A DNA stretch of 64,000 bases, taken from Schmidtea nova. Its lineage: Eukaryota. The position numbers were made by a program, and so were the translations under genes. The notes under the pieces are model-generated. The model was not told the DNA's origin. It saw only the letters and a list, made by a program, of their open reading frames with translations, and ran no database searches. Below, piece after piece: positions 35,576-50,764 of this stretch (its first letter is position 1; each line of letters starts with the position of its first letter). The stretch covers positions 321,966,001 to 322,030,000 of the forward strand of contig CM097882.1 in the NCBI GenBank assembly GCA_044892505.1, written 5' to 3'.

Positions 35576-36826
35576 ATCGACGGTTGAAATCAGATGATCA
35601 ATTCATTGAAAAATTGAAAAGTTTTACTGAGTTTTCTTTCCTATCATTGAAAACTAAAATAATCAATAAAAGCAAAATTCAAAGATTTACTTGTAGATTG
35701 AAGAAATATCTAAATAATTTAAATTCTTTTAACTTTTGATAATTTTTTGGATTCTAAATCTGAAATTAATACAAATAAGTTTAAAATTTACTTAATATTA
35801 ATAATATAATATTTATAATTTAACGAACTAAACAAAGGAAAGAGAAGTTCATTGACCTGAAAATTCTATGTATACAAAATTGTTTACTTTTGGAAAATCA
35901 TGTTCTGGTGAACTACAGTTTTTAATTCATGCTTGGTTAACATCGATAGAACAGAATGATGCGCCATATGTGGGTATATTATACTTGTATCTTTACTAGT
36001 TTCGAAGAAAAAAAAGAAGAATAAATTTTTAAAGTGAAGATTTCCATGCAAACATTTGACTTTTGAATTAGAATGACTGACATAAATTGTTTCTAAATAA
36101 GTTACCTATTTTTGTGCTGTTAATGGTCGGCTTTTTTATCTGGATAAATTTTTTTCGTTATAAAAATAAATTATCCGAAAGATAAAATAAGTTGATGTTT
36201 TTTTGAGTTTTTTTCACATAGTTTCCTAACAACTTATCAGATTATTTTAGTGTTTCTGTGACTGCTGATTTGATCTATAGTTTATTTATCTAATGATGAT
36301 CTTCTTAATCTTTTAATTTCCGAAGTCTTTTTAAGTACCTAAACCAGGGTTTAATTTTGACCAGAACGGTTCAGAATAGCGTTTCGGTTGTTTTGAAACA
36401 TCAAAAAAAGAGAATCAAAACAATAATATGAATTTATCGATAAAAGCACTTGGTTAGTAGTTTTACCACTAGGACCAGTGGCAAATCTTATAAAAATGAC
36501 CAACCAGTCAAATAGTTTGGCGATTTATTCTGTCAAATTAATAGGTTCATATAAAATGGTATTCAATATTGGTGAAAATTAAAACTTCATTTATTCTTTG
36601 AACATAATTTCATTAAATAGAATGAACTGAAGCAACATTTAAAAGTTCTTTTTATATTATTGTAAAGAGAATTAAATTCTATTTATACATTATTATATTG
36701 CGAACTCAATTGGCTCATGAAGACTTGTAGAAAAATCATTTGAATATTTGGTGTAGCTACCTATGAGTTTTCTTCATCAAGCGCAGCCCATTTGTGTGTA
36801 TTACATTCTCACCAGGTTTTACACTG

Positions 36827-37401
36827 GGCATAATCCTATTATAGTACGTTTTAAAAAAAGTACGTTTTTAAAAAAATAGTACGTTTTAAGAAAAATAGTA
36901 CGTTTTAAAACTTAAAACGTTGTAACGTATAAATATCTTAATAACGTATATTTTATAATTTTAAATATTCAAATACAATTGTTATTTTGTTAAGTTAGTA
37001 TTTTTTTTAAATTAATCCATAAGTCAAAACACACCGACACAACTACAATCACGCCTGTTGTTTATGATTTGAACTATATACGAACAACCAGAATAATAAC
37101 ATCTACCATTCATGATTTTTTAAACTAGTTTCTATTTCCAAGAAGTTATGAAAGATTTAGTGTATTTAATGAGATATAGTATGTTTTAGAACACTTCGTG
37201 AATTAAAATTACTGTGTTTGAATATTTATAATTATAAAATATACGTTTCCTAGTTATTTTTACGTTACAACGTTTTAAGTTTTAAAACGTACTATTTTCT
37301 TTAAAACGTACTATTTTTTAAAAACGTACTATTTTTTAAAAACGTACTATTTTTTAAAAACGTACTATTTTTTTTAAAACGTACTATAATAGGATTCTGC
37401 C
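36827..37401. mobile_element. Foldback/MITE-like element with ~115-bp TIRs built from subterminal repeats
   Basis: Left ggcataatcctattatagtacgttttaaaa, right ttttaaaacgtactataataggattctgcc; repeated (t)agtacgttttaaaa units. No TSD found. Confidence 0.8.
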
Positions 37402-40400
37402 TTACAACATTGTACTTATTATTTTGTCATTATAACGTAATATTCTGGTTTTGTATAACAAACGTAATTATATCAAGTTCAAGGTTAAAATTTACCGTCA
37501 TTTTATATAAAGTGAAAATTTNNNNNNNNNNNNNNNNNNNNNNNNNNNNNNNNNNNNNNNNNNNNNNNNNNNNNNNNNNNNNNNNNNNNNNNNNNNNNNN
37601 NNNNNNNNNNNNNNNNNNNNNNNNNNNNNNNNNNNNNNNNNNNNNNNNNNNNNNNNNNNNNNNNCATACAAAGTCACATGGAGGATGTATAGTGCAAAAT
37701 CTCATAGTTATCTAACTGAAAATGATTAGAAATACATTAGTAGTTTTATTCGATAGTATTGTATTTGGTACGTTAAAATGTGCACTAAGTGTTAAATGGT
37801 TAAAATGTAGCAGTTATACTTTCATTAATTACCAATTTAGTATAATGTAAAATTTCGTCGTTTTTATTTAAGACAATAGTAATATATAATTCAAATAACT
37901 TAATTATTGTTATAATATAAATTTAACAGTTGTATGAAGAATAAAAAAATTTAGAATATAAAATTTTAAAATATGAAAAATTAAAAATAAAAAATTATAA
38001 AATTAAATAAAAATAAAAAACATTATTATAAAAGAATCTATGAAATTTTATTCATAGAAACATTTAAAATTTAAATTCATATGGGAATAAATGTGCCTTT
38101 TTAATGGTTTGCTAAACTTATAAAAATGTGAACCAATCCAATAAATAGTTAAATATTTTTTTTAAATTACGACAAAATTATAACTGTAAGAAATTGATTG
38201 TGTTTTCCAAAAGTCTAAACAATATTTTTGATTTTCTTATCTTTTATTTTTATCTTGACATGATAATTTTAATAAATCAAAGGATTTTCGATTTATTTTT
38301 ATTATTGTGACATAAATTAAAAGTATATCAAGAATGCCAGACAAAATAATAAATAAATAATAAATAAATCTCGATTAATTTACCAAAACAAAAACTAGAA
38401 AGTCGTATAAAAAATTTATTGTTTTTTTTTCAAATTATTTGTATTTTTCATGAGAAAATTTATTTATTCTTCTGGAAAACTTACAAACAAAAATTGGAAA
38501 ATGAAAATATTTAAACACAGTTTTAAACAAAATGTAAATAGAAATTTGTAATTCTATCTTATAGAATTGGAAAGAATTACTCTCATTGTTTTCCAGCATT
38601 AGAGCTGTGAGAAAGTTGACTAAAGAAATTATTAATATCAATTCTTTGAAAAGTAGAAAAACTCCATTTTTTGACTATTTTATTCGTTTAAAATTTAGTT
38701 TTTAAAAATCGTAAATCACTGATTTATAAAAGGAATTGAAGTCAAAAAATCATTTACATTTTTTAACTTTGATCTCTTTTTTCTCTTTTTTCTCTTTTCT
38801 CTCTTTTTTTAAATTGTGTTTTCATAAAGCACACTAATTTTTGAAACAGACTTTTTCAGGTGTTTATATAAATATAAACTTGAAAAATCCTGTCGAAAAA
38901 TCCTGTGCTATATAAAAAACAATTTTGATTTATATACTTTATATATAATATTGTAAAGGTAAAGATTTCATAATTTTATGTTTATTTGAAACCTTGAATT
39001 CATTTAGATAAAATTTCCAATAGTAAGTAGGGGATAGTGAGCGGTCTAGCACAAGCGATTTATCCCTAAACTGTGCATATAACATAATATGCATACAGTT
39101 TACCCCCACCCGAAATTATATAATACTTTTTTATATTACGTAATAGTTATGGAATAATTTATAGCCTATAAAATCATAATACATTACTTTATGTGTTGCA
39201 TAATCACCATATATTACTTTAAAAATTATGTAACGATTAGGAAATACTTTTTACCGTATGCAGTAATTCCGTAATGCTTTATTTGTTACGTAATAATAAT
39301 AGAATACTTCATGCACTATATAATTATGACATAACTATTGCGTATCTCACCATGTTTCATGATATACATTATACATTACATAATTTTTATGTAATACTTT
39401 AAAAATTTAGATAATAACATAAGCATTACGTAACTGATGGTTAATACTACAATTTATTTATTTTTCATAAATTTTACAAAAAATATAAAATTAAATAATT
39501 TTTTTAACATTTTTTCCAAAATTTTCAAAAATGCTCAGAATCAAATAATTTTATACCAATCTACTGAGAATTGAATGGTGGGGAAAAAATGTTAAATATC
39601 CAGGATTCTCAATTTTCGAAATCATGATATAATGTTTTATAATTTTGTAATTAATTTTGTGCTATGTTAAATAACTTTAAACTAACAGAGTTATTTTCAA
39701 TATTTAGATTTTTTAAAAATCTATAACACTAGAAATAAAATGTAAATAATGGGCTTTTACCCTAAATTTATATCAATTTAAAAAGAATTCTTGACACTAA
39801 ATATTTAGTAACAAACCCGTTAAAATTTAATCCTGAGATTAACTGCTGAATGCGCAAAGCTCGTTAGATCTCTCGACAATTAGTGAACTCAAAGGTTATT
39901 GAGGGTACAAAATATCTTATGGCTAAATAATGTGGAAATGATGAGGTAAAACACAAAATTACAAGACTCCGAAACAGCAAATAAAATATACTTTTTCAAA
40001 GATTTGCATTGGTTGTGCTATCATATTGGAGTAGCCTTTTAAAAAATTGATAACCTTTTCAGAATTATCTTTTGGTTTCAACTTTGATCTTTTTTTATTT
40101 AAATCAATAATTTGTATAATTGTAAGACTACAGTTCAAAATTATTTTTGTTTTCGGTTTTTTTTTTGGTTGTTAAGTACGTAATATTTCGTGGCACAGTC
40201 TTTATCAAGTGTGTATTTCAGGACTCAATAATATTCAACGATATTTGACTTAGAAATACCATATAATTAATATAACTAAAATTCACAAAATCTAATTTGA
40301 TTCGAAATTCATATAAATAACATTTAAAAACAATAAAAATGCGCAGTTAAAATATATTCAAAGATATATTTACTCAAATTTTTGGTTCAAGAAATCCATT

Positions 40401-42467
40401 TCAAAAAGACAGTACCGAAAATTCATTTTAAATATCAAAACGAAATATTGATCTCAAGAGAAAAAATCAAAAAATTCGATAATGAAAAAATAAAATATTT
40501 CACTTTTTTGAAAAACTTTCAAAAATGTCAAAATAAATTTAAGCTGAAATCGTTATAGTCAAGACGTGAAATAGTAAGTCAATCTGACATAGCAAATGAA
40601 TCAAATCTCAATTGTGTCTGATAGTTTTGTAAATATTTACAATATTTTTATTGATACATATTATTTTTCTTTTTAAATATTTGTATTATTATTGCATATT
40701 ACGAATAAACAAAATGAGAAATATTCGAAAATTATTTATCAGTTTTTCTCCTTTGCTTTTCGGAATATTTAGAATTATTTGTTTATTTTTAGATCTAAAC
40801 CCAAATATTATTTATTCGTTGCTTTCTCACAGATTTTAATTTCTCAGCTAATAAATTTATTATTAGTAAAAAAATAAAATATTAATTAGAAAACATTAAA
40901 AATAACAGTTTATCAGATTGTAACAAAAAGATAAAGACTTCATCGGTTTTCCTCTTTTGGTTTAGGAAATATTTAGAATGATTGAACAGAAAATTTATTC
41001 AGAATTAATCTGGGATTTTCACTCGTCAAAATTGGGGTGACCTAAAAAGAACTGAATGCTTCCCATCAAAATAAAATCCGTTCTCCATTCAGCGCATTTT
41101 CAACAAATATCAAACAAATATATTTCCAATGAAATTTGCCTCTGTAAATAATTTTAATTAAAAAACATACAAGTGTAGAATGAATTTAATTTTGTTAACA
41201 ATGAACTGGCTTCTCAAAGTTTGTTTTCCATTGAAAGTAAATAGTGAGATTGGAAATCGCAGAAAACTCTAATATTTTCAGCTGTCAGAATTAATGCCAT
41301 TCAAATTCACATTTCGAATTTCTGATGACATTTCGAGTAGTTTGACACTTTCGGTAATTAAATGCATAATTTAATGGTCTAGTTAAATTATCAAATTCTT
41401 GAAAGCTTCCTGTTTGGTGAAATATTAAACAATTCAATCAGAGATTCATGATTTGTTTTAAAATTAATAAATAAATTTTAATATTTCTCATTTTATTACA
41501 AAATTGCCCATGTTTACAATAAAAAATAATTTTGTTTCGCTTATTAACAGACAATANNNNNNNNNNNNNNNNNNNNNNNNNNNNNNNNNNNNNNNNNNNN
41601 NNNNNNNNNNNNNNNNNNNNNNNNNNNNNNNNNNNNNNNNNNNNNNNNNNNNNNNNNNNNNNNNNNNNNNNNNNNNNNNNNNNNNNNNNNNNNNNNNNNN
41701 NNNNNNNNNNNNNNNNNNNNNNNNNNNNNNNNNNNNNNNNNNNNNNNNNNNNNNNNNNNNNNNNNNNNNNNNNNNNNNNNNNNNNNNNNNNNNNNNNNNN
41801 NNNNNNNNNNNNNNNNNNNNNNNNNNNNNNNNNNNNNNNNNNNNNNNNNNNNNNNNNNNNNNNNNNNNNNNNNNNNNNNNNNNNNNNNNNNNNNNNNNNN
41901 NNNNNNNNNNNNNNNNNNNNNNNNNNNNNNNNNNNNNNNNNNNNNNNNNNNNNNNNNNNNNNNNNNNNNNNNNNNNNNNNNNNNNNNNNNNNNNNNNNNN
42001 NNNNNNNNNNNNNNNNNNNNNNNNNNNNNNNNNNNNNNNNNNNNNNNNNNNNNNNNNNNNNNNNNNNNNNNNNNNNNNNNNNNNNNNNNNNNNNNNNNNN
42101 NNNNNNNNNNNNNNNNNNNNNNNNNNNNNNNNNNNNNNNNNNNNNNNNNNNNNNNNNNNNNNNNNNNNNNNNNNNNNNNNNNNNNNNNNNNNNNNNNNNN
42201 NNNNNNNNNNNNNNNNNNNNNNNNNNNNNNNNNNNNNNNNNNNNNNNNNNNNNNNNNNNNNNNNNNNNNNNNNNNNNNNNNNNNNNNNNNNNNNNNNNNN
42301 NNNNNNNNNNNNNNNNNNNNNNNNNNNNNNNNNNNNNNNNNNNNNNNNNNNNNNNNNNNNNNNNNNNNNNNNNNNNNNNNNNNNNNNNNNNNNNNNNNNT
42401 TTATTCTTTAAAGCAAAGGATAAGTTACAGATTTTTTTTAATATTTTATCATTAGGTACATTTCTAT

Positions 42468-42719
42468 TTATTCTCCATAAACCAAAGGATATTGATTCGT
42501 ATCCATCGGTTTGATGCTGCGTTTACCAACGACACGTCTGAGAAAAAATTCTGCACCTCTTTTACCTTCTACTCTTTGTAAAAAGAACTCTGCTCCCCTT
42601 TTTATACTCGCTGATAAATCCTCATTATTGTCTGGATAATATTTCGACAAAGGCTCATTGAGAACCACCATGACCTGGTGGCACATAATCATGATTATAA
42701 TTTTCGATTGTAAAAGCAT
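42468..42719 (-). CDS. Neuropeptide prohormone yielding GAEFFLQRVE-amide and GAEFFLRRVV-amide
   Basis: Hydrophobic N-terminus; KR-GAEFFLQRVE-GKR-GAEFFLRRVV-GKR (dibasic sites plus amidation Gly); ttgtag directly before the ATG. Confidence 0.88.
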   Translation of the reverse strand: MLLQSKIIIMIMCHQVMVVLNEPLSKYYPDNNEDLSASIKRGAEFFLQRVEGKRGAEFFLRRVVGKRSIKPMDTNQYPLVYGE

Positions 42720-44351
42720 CTACAATGTGATAAAAAATATTCATCAAAAATGTTATGAATTTTAATTTTAAAATTAAAATAATTAAAAGTTTTGGTTAAA
42801 TTATTGCAATAAAATAAATAAATTTGGAATGCAATAAACATTTGAATAATGTCTTGATATCGGCGGTTAAAAAATTCAGGTGTAATTGCACTTCGATTTC
42901 AACGTCCACCTCAAAATAGACCACTGGGGAAATTTTTCATTAATAAAACTTACTTTCCCAGTTGTAAAATCAGTCATTAACGAACCGTTGATAATTTATA
43001 TTTATATATTATTCCCGAATTCCGAGCCTGTGCGATGATAAGTATTGACAAGTTCTAAGTGCATAGCATCTGTTGGGAAGATTAAACATGTCAGAATTGT
43101 TGGGAAATTAAAAAAATAATTTCATATTTATCATTTGAAATTCATTGCAGTAATTTTATTGGTTTTTTAAAACTATTCAATTTCAATTTATTAATTTAAA
43201 AATTTATTTATATTTTTGCCGATATTATTTAGTTTTCGACATGAAACCCGAAATAGATTTTGTTTAATTTTCCTGTTGAATTTTAATTGAAAATTATTTA
43301 AAAATATTATCCATTTACTTTGTGAAGAATAGAAAATTTTAAAATTTTTTTGTTTAAATTAATCTATTATTTTAATTAATTAATCAATTTTTATTAATCA
43401 ATCAATTTTAGTTAATTCAGTGAAAATTTATTGTTATGCGTGAATGAGATTTTGAGGGAAAAATATTTTTTTTTATTTGTTGAGAATTGTTTTTGATTTT
43501 AAACTGGCTGCTTTGAAAGAAAATAGCAAATTAAGGAAAATTGTACAAAAAATATTTTAGTTTTAATTTTTTAATAAAAATATAAATTTTCCAACAATTC
43601 TATCAATTAATAAATTCAAATATTTAAATAATAAATATTTAAACATTAAATAAATATTTTTTTCTGCGAATTAGGCTTTGCTAAAATTTATTCGGAATAG
43701 CATTGTGACTTTAATTAAAAGTTTATTAAATATAACAAGTTTGATATGAACTAAACAGAAATGTTTTTTAACAGAAAATCTATTCAACATGGAATAGTCC
43801 GTAAGTTGTTTTCACAACTTTTTCTGCGGCTCAAATCTGAATCTTTCTTCGGATATCTTTATCCGGCTTTGTGAATTTTCTTTGACCTAGCTTTTACTTC
43901 AATCGGTCAATATTTCGCAGAGTGTCTCTATCCACATCTCAATTCCCTCCACAATGACTCATCCAATTGCACAGATCAAAATATTTATTCAAAAGAAAAA
44001 TTGTGTAATTATTTACAAAGTTTAGTTTATTACAAAATATTATTTATAATAATTAACAAAATTCTGGAGTAATGCCTCTAGTATGGTAGTACCAGATTTT
44101 GGCTGAATGAACAATATTGCTTATCGCGCATTCCTTCAATAGACTTTTTATCTTGTTCTCTGGAACACACATTTTAATTAAGAGAGCAAAGGTTTTTAAA
44201 TCAACTGATACTAAAGAACCTATTATGCATGTTAGTAGTTCAATTTGTAGTCTGGCTTAACTTTTTGTATATCTAATTTTAATTTATTATATTTTTGTAA
44301 ATTTAATTTATCAATTTTTTTCAAAGTTGGAGACAGAGTTGATAGGACACT

Positions 44352-45835
44352 TCATGTCAAGAAGCAAGATAGTCTTTTTTCTGTGTTTTTGATTATCAAA
44401 TCAACACGTTCGATAGAATTTGGAACAAGAGAGTACGCGTGATTAACAACAACAATTAATGCTGGATTTTTGAGCTCTACAAATATTATTAAGACAGAAA
44501 TTGTGACGACTAGTTGCAAGTCTTTGATTAATTTTACATTTTTGAAGAACATGTAATATTGTCTCATCTTCTAATTGTCTCCATTCAAATTCAGTCAAAT
44601 CACTACGGAAAATTAATTTGTTGACTAATGGGCACAGTTTTATTGTATATATCAATAGGTTGCTGGTATTACTTTGTTCCCATTTTTCTAAGTAAGAATC
44701 TTGAATGACAGAGTGAAGAATTTTAGATACTGCTTTTCTTAAAGTTGATAACAAGATTCTTGTACCAATTAGAGATGTAGTAAGACGAATTAAAGGTTCA
44801 CCATTAACTGTTTCAAATAGAATTTTGATATTGTGAACTCTTGAAATACGCGATTGATGTTCGTAGGCGATAATATCTTGTTTTTCTGCTGTGATGGCCA
44901 GGTTTACTTTCTTTTCCATTAATCCATTGAAAACTTTGAGAAAGAGTTGGATTCTTTACTCCAAGTCTTGGACCTGTTACAAGCAACAATAAATCTGTGT
45001 TTATTTTTTTTGAATACACACAATTCAAAGTTAATAATCGAAAAAAGTACACAACTGTTTGCGTGTGATATTCATCTAAAAGATCAGTGCAACCTGCTCC
45101 TCCGTTTTTCCACAGAATTGTAGAAATAACAGATCTCTGAGTGATTTGGAAGATTCAGTATCCTTCTCAGTTGACTTTTCAATAAGCTAATATTATTGAC
45201 ATTAATCTTTGGATTTTGAAATGGATCTGTTTTAAGAGAACTGGTTTTAATTTCTTGTGTCCTAAATGGGAATATCAGACGAGAATGCAAAAAGATCTTG
45301 TAAGCCTTGAGCTTTTTTTTTTAAAGGCACCAGTCATTGAATTTAAGAATGATACTGATGACATGTTCAATTCCTTTAAATTGTTTGAAAGTTAGGTTAT
45401 CTTTTATATAGTTGTCATTTTGCGCAATAAGATTATTTGTTAAATCCGCAGTCAGAACAGATATTTGAGTATTAGTTTCATAATATTTTGTAATTAATGA
45501 TGATATGCATGGATTTTCGTTCATTAAGATTTTGGCAATTTTCGCAGAGTTATTTATTGATTTCTTTTTAGCAATTGCTTTTTTGAAATTAATTACTGTT
45601 ACATCCATTGACTGATTAGCTCCCCTAACAATTTTGGTTTCATCTGCTTTTGATATTGATGAACATATTCTCTAATTTCTTCGATGAACTCATCTGGAAA
45701 GTAGTTCCATTCTCTGGTAATAATCACTGAAAACGCAAGTGAAAGGGCCGCAGTTGAAGTTGTTGTCTTGGTATTTAAGATATATATAATGATAAAAAAT
45801 GAACAATGACAATCTAAAGCACATATATTCAACAA
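44352..45835 (-). pseudogene. Chain of overlapping frameshifted ORFs, unidentified degenerate coding region
   Basis: Six minus-strand ORFs tile 1.5 kb head-to-tail in shifting frames; GC higher than flanks; no motif recognised. Confidence 0.35.
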
Positions 45836-46749
45836 TAATTAGACAAATATTAAATTAAACATTATCATCAGCTTCATTATATTTCAGCTTCATCCTGCAA
45901 CATGAATATGAAAATTATCCCAAAGAACTATTCAGAGTCTTGTTAGCAAATGGATCACTTTTGTTGAGACGGCCTAAGATTACCAAGCTAAGTGAGACTG
46001 TGTCAATCAACTTTAAAAAACTAATCGAATGAGACCCTCTAATTTTTATACTTGACAGTTACGTGCATGTAATCTAATCGTGCGATCCCGCATTTTCATA
46101 ATTAAAGCTTTTATTTTGAACTCTAATGATATGAGATCATTTTAGAAGCTTTGAAAGATTATCTTTGTTCTCTAAATACTTTTCTAAATACTTTGTAGAA
46201 AATTATGATTTTTTGACACGTTTTGGAATTATTTTCATTAAAAATAAATTAAAAATAGTTTTTAATTCAAGCTTTGTTATTTAATAAATTTAATATAGAT
46301 CTTTTAATCGCAAAAACTGTTGATTTTTAAAGTTTGCATGCATTTTTCATTGTGTGTTGTGCTTGTGGGTTTTATTTATTTTTTCTTCCACTTTGACTAT
46401 GACATATTAAATTTCTTAAACTTTGTAAAATCAAAATGTAACATCAACGTAAGTTTTCATTTGATATTGATAATTATTATCTTATATTATAGAATCTCTT
46501 AATGTGTTAAACAATTGTTGTCGGCTAATTGTTGATTTTTTAAATTAGAAATTTCTAAAAATTGAATTTTGATGTTTGTTTATTCAGATAAGTTTGCTTT
46601 AATGAAAATGTATAATTGGTGAAATTTTGAATTCGATCGTTTTTAATATTTTTTGGTAATATAATTGATAGATAATGTCAATTATTGTGAATAATATTAA
46701 TATTTTTCATAATGCTAAGACTATATATTAAAATTCTTTTTAAACAAGT

Positions 46750-46900
46750 ACACAATATTTCGGCACAGCCTTTATTAAGTGTGTATACACACTATGCCAA
46801 AATATTGTGTACTTGTTTAAAAATTAATTTGATCTATGGTCTTACCATAATGAGAAATATTGATATTAATACTAAAAAAATCAAAGGTGAAAGAAAAAAA
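46750..46900. mobile_element. Short head-to-head Penelope 3'-end (pLTR) fragment with degenerate hammerhead
   Basis: cacaatatttcggcacagcc..gtgtgt followed by inverted ..aaatattgtgtacttgttt..gatcta..; same family as 58250-58530 and 60610-60740. Confidence 0.7.
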
Positions 46901-48414
46901 TAATTATAATTGCGAATAAATTGTGAATAATTTTGGAGTAATTAAGTATATGTGGCCTCAGGGTTGGTGTTAAAGCACATTCTACATCTGAACAACCAAA
47001 ATTCAATTTCTATGTCAGCAAAGGAATAGAAATCAGTGAAAATAAACTGAAATTTTATCACATTTATTCTTCCGTATGATATTTTCCTATTCAATGTCAG
47101 TCAAACGAGACGGTTTGCAGATTTATTGTCAGAACATTCTTTAAATAAAGTGATGCCAAATTTTCTCAGAGAGCGATACGCATTAGATTCGATTGACAGT
47201 AAATCTTTCTCTATAATAAAATTAGAATAAAAAAAATTAATAATTTAAATAAAAAATTCTGGTAGTATAACAATTTATTTATATTAGTGTTCGGATGATT
47301 GGTCATTTAACGGCCTTGAGTTTAAATCTTTCCTGGTTTCATAAAAGATCACTTATTTTCTGAATATTGAGTAATTTATTTTTATGGAATGTTTAATAGT
47401 AATTTCATAAATAATTAAATGAATTGAACAAGAATAAAATTACATAGAAAAATAACAAAATCAATTTATAAATTTAAACTTAGCTGTTCTAGTTTCCCGG
47501 TTCAATAATTCTTATAATTATGATTCTTTGGGAAAATAAAATTGTTTGTATAATAATTATGTCACACCTTTTATATTGATTGGTTGATTTTCACCGCTTG
47601 GCAGAGCATTTCTACTTGCAGATATTTTGACAATATTTAAAGATTTTCCAAGCATAAAAATTTAACTTGTATTAAATATATCCAGTAAATTTAATTCTAA
47701 AAAATACGATTTATCAAATGTCTCTGGATAAATTGTTCGAAAATGATACTAATTCTTACAAGATATTAGAATAAGTTTTGTCTAAATTCTTTGCGAATTT
47801 TTCTAAAAAACCTGAAATTGAAGCTTTTTGATAAAATAACATATTTAGGTGTAGATAGACATAAAATATATTCAGCATTAACATCGAGGGCATCTTTGAC
47901 AGTCTAGGCCGTTGATTTTTATTGAATATAGATCCAGCATTATGACTTGCTGTTCTGCTGTTTGTTTGGTTTGATCCACTACTTGGCATACTGAAAAATG
48001 TGTGGCCCTACGAGATATGAAATCGGGTTGTTAGATTGATCGGTTTGAGCCAACATTTGATTAGATTGTGACGTAGCAGTTTGAGTGGTTTCTGATTGAT
48101 TCATTAACGGCATTATGACAATGTTTGGCGACATCATTGATTTCTTATATTGGGAAAATTGATTCATGTTGATTGGAAGAAATTGCATTAGTTCTTGTTG
48201 GACCATGTTGGATTTATTTGAAAAAAGGGCGAAAAACTAAATATTAAGACAATGCTATTTAAATCTTCCATTCAATAATAATTTAATAAATTAATTATTT
48301 TAAAAGAAATATTTATAATCTAAGGCACTACATTAGGTTTCCTAAAGTATTTTTGGATAAATGCTTAACAATAATTTTAATTTTTAATTATTCATTTTTA
48401 TTTATAAATATATA

Positions 48415-48465
<51 letters not shown>

Positions 48466-48468
<3 letters not shown>

Positions 48469-49557
48469 CTGGATCGACAATACCGCCGCCGACAAAACCG
48501 CCGCACCCATTCAAAAGTAACCATTATTAAATGTAAGTATTATGTATTAATTTTAGACAAAAATTTAAATAGTTATATTATAGAAAATTAAAAAAATAAG
48601 TTTTCAGAAAAATGTATTTGAAAAACTACAATATACAAAAAATGTACGTAATACAAAAAATGTGTAATTATGGGATAAAATAATACAGACAATATTTTTC
48701 TTTAAAAACAATTAAAAATATATACAATTTCTCAACGATTCGCAAGAAACTGATTTTATTTTACAAGTACAAATTATACAGATGTTTTAGTTAAAACTAT
48801 GGGACGTATGGAACTATGGGAGTTAAAACTCACACGGACGGATTAGTGTTATCAATAAGGACACAGCTGCAGCAATAGTCGGCAAGTCCGTTTTCGATAT
48901 TTCGATAATATTGACGGCCAATACAATGCAAAAAATATTGCCTGACAGTAAATTGGCTGGGAAGCCCTTTTTGTTTTGCTACAGCTGGGAGTGTTATCAT
49001 TTAACCGCAAAAGTATTCCTCGTAGACATAATGTCTTTGACGTTTTTTAATTGAACCTTTCTACCGCCATACTCTAAGCAAACGACATAATGTAGCATTT
49101 GATTTTTTTGAAATATTTGATCATTTACAATTTACGAGTATTACTCGAGTATTTTTCAAAATACTCAAGTATCGTTTACAGTTTATGAAACATCAATGCA
49201 TTTTTGGAAAGTGCATTTAAAAGTGCATTTGAAAGTGCATCAATTTATTATTCACAGTCCTAATGGTAGAAATTATATATGATATATATCAATTCCACGA
49301 CAACAACTTTCTCTGATTTAGTCAATTTGTTCTAAATGACATATGTTTATATTACTTTTCAAACAAATAAATTAAAATCGAAGTAATCAGCATTCCTACA
49401 AACTGTATAAAACATTTTTTTAAATTTATTTTGGTTTCCGGCGCTTATGACGGCGGTGGTATTGTCGCAGCGGCATTGTCGTTGTTAACAGCGGCACTTA
49501 TATCAGCGGCAGTCATGTCGCGGCGGTATTGTCACCGGTGGTAAAGTCGGGGCGCCA
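48466..49557. mobile_element. Non-autonomous DNA transposon with GC-rich subterminal inverted repeats
   Basis: Left gacaataccgccgccgacaaaaccgccgc versus right gcggcggtattgtc units; both ends begin GGC; abuts (TA)n. Confidence 0.55.
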
Positions 49558-50426
49558 TATATTGTGGTGAACTCAACAACTATGTGTCATTAGGTATTTT
49601 ATCTATTATGTGTGCCGAGTATGTAGGGTGTGGATTCTCCCCTTGTTTTATATTAATGGCCACGTTCATTTTTTATTATTATTTTATTATTATTTTTAAA
49701 TTGTTAATGTAAATTTGAATTTGACTTACTATAGCTAATTGCTATAGTAAGCCAATTCACAAATAAATAATCGATAAAAAATTAAAAAATTAAAAATTAT
49801 TATATTATGCCGTATACTGTTTATCTAAATTGAAGTGAATTCGAAGATTAAGATATTTAGGAATTTAACCGAATCTGAAGAATAAAATAACTAGTCACAG
49901 TAGTTGCAAACAATTCAATTTAACCGAATCCGAAGATTAAGATAATTTGATAATCTGATATTTTGATACAGTCACCATAACTAACTGAATCTAGTTAAAA
50001 TTGAAGGTCCTGTTCGTCTACAGTTTTTTGTTCAATTTACAGTCTCTCCTGTCAACGATCGTTGAGTCAAATTAAAGCTAATTTCCGAACTAAATTCGAT
50101 ATTAAATCCAAGCTAATTTCCGATCTCGTCGGTATAAAATATCTTAATTCCTGTGTAACAAAGTAATATTCTTTATAGTAATATATTTTTGAGTTGTAAA
50201 TTTGTTAGTTCTGTTTAATTTTTTAATTACTTACACCATTATTATTCGTACAATTAACGTCCATCATATACACAGGCACCCCGAGTGTCCCCACAAGATT
50301 TGGTTTTTGGGAAGACTCTCTCGGGCTCTTCTCAACTTTTCTTTCAAACACATCTAATAACAAAAAAACTACATATATTGTAATAAAAAAACCTTAGATT
50401 ATCCACATTAGATTATCCACATAAAA

Positions 50427-50465
<39 letters not shown>

Positions 50466-50764
50466 TTTTTTATGTTTATGGAGGTTTATTTTATGTTTGT
50501 TGGTGGCCGTTTGTGACAATAGTTATATTATATTATGATAGTTATATTATTATAGTTATATTATGATTCACGGGCTACTTAACATGCCTATGCAGTTTGG
50601 ATTTGACCCACAGGTCGCCCAGTGTATTAACTCGGGTTTAAATTGTTTAACATTCAATATTTGGATGAACAGTGAACTAAAAAAAAGTAAATATATGCGA
50701 TAAATCTATTGATGAGAACCGAGGGTTAATTAAATGTCGTGTACCGTATTTTTTGTCGTATAAG

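Noticed and set aside
43790-43960. Merlin/ISXO2-like VQLDESLW fragment on the minus strand
   Set aside because: Single short motif with stops and no TIRs; insufficient support.
47756-48206. Host gene exons (Q/S/N/M-rich minus-strand ORFs)
   Set aside because: Low complexity, frameshifted, no recognisable domain or confident splice structure.
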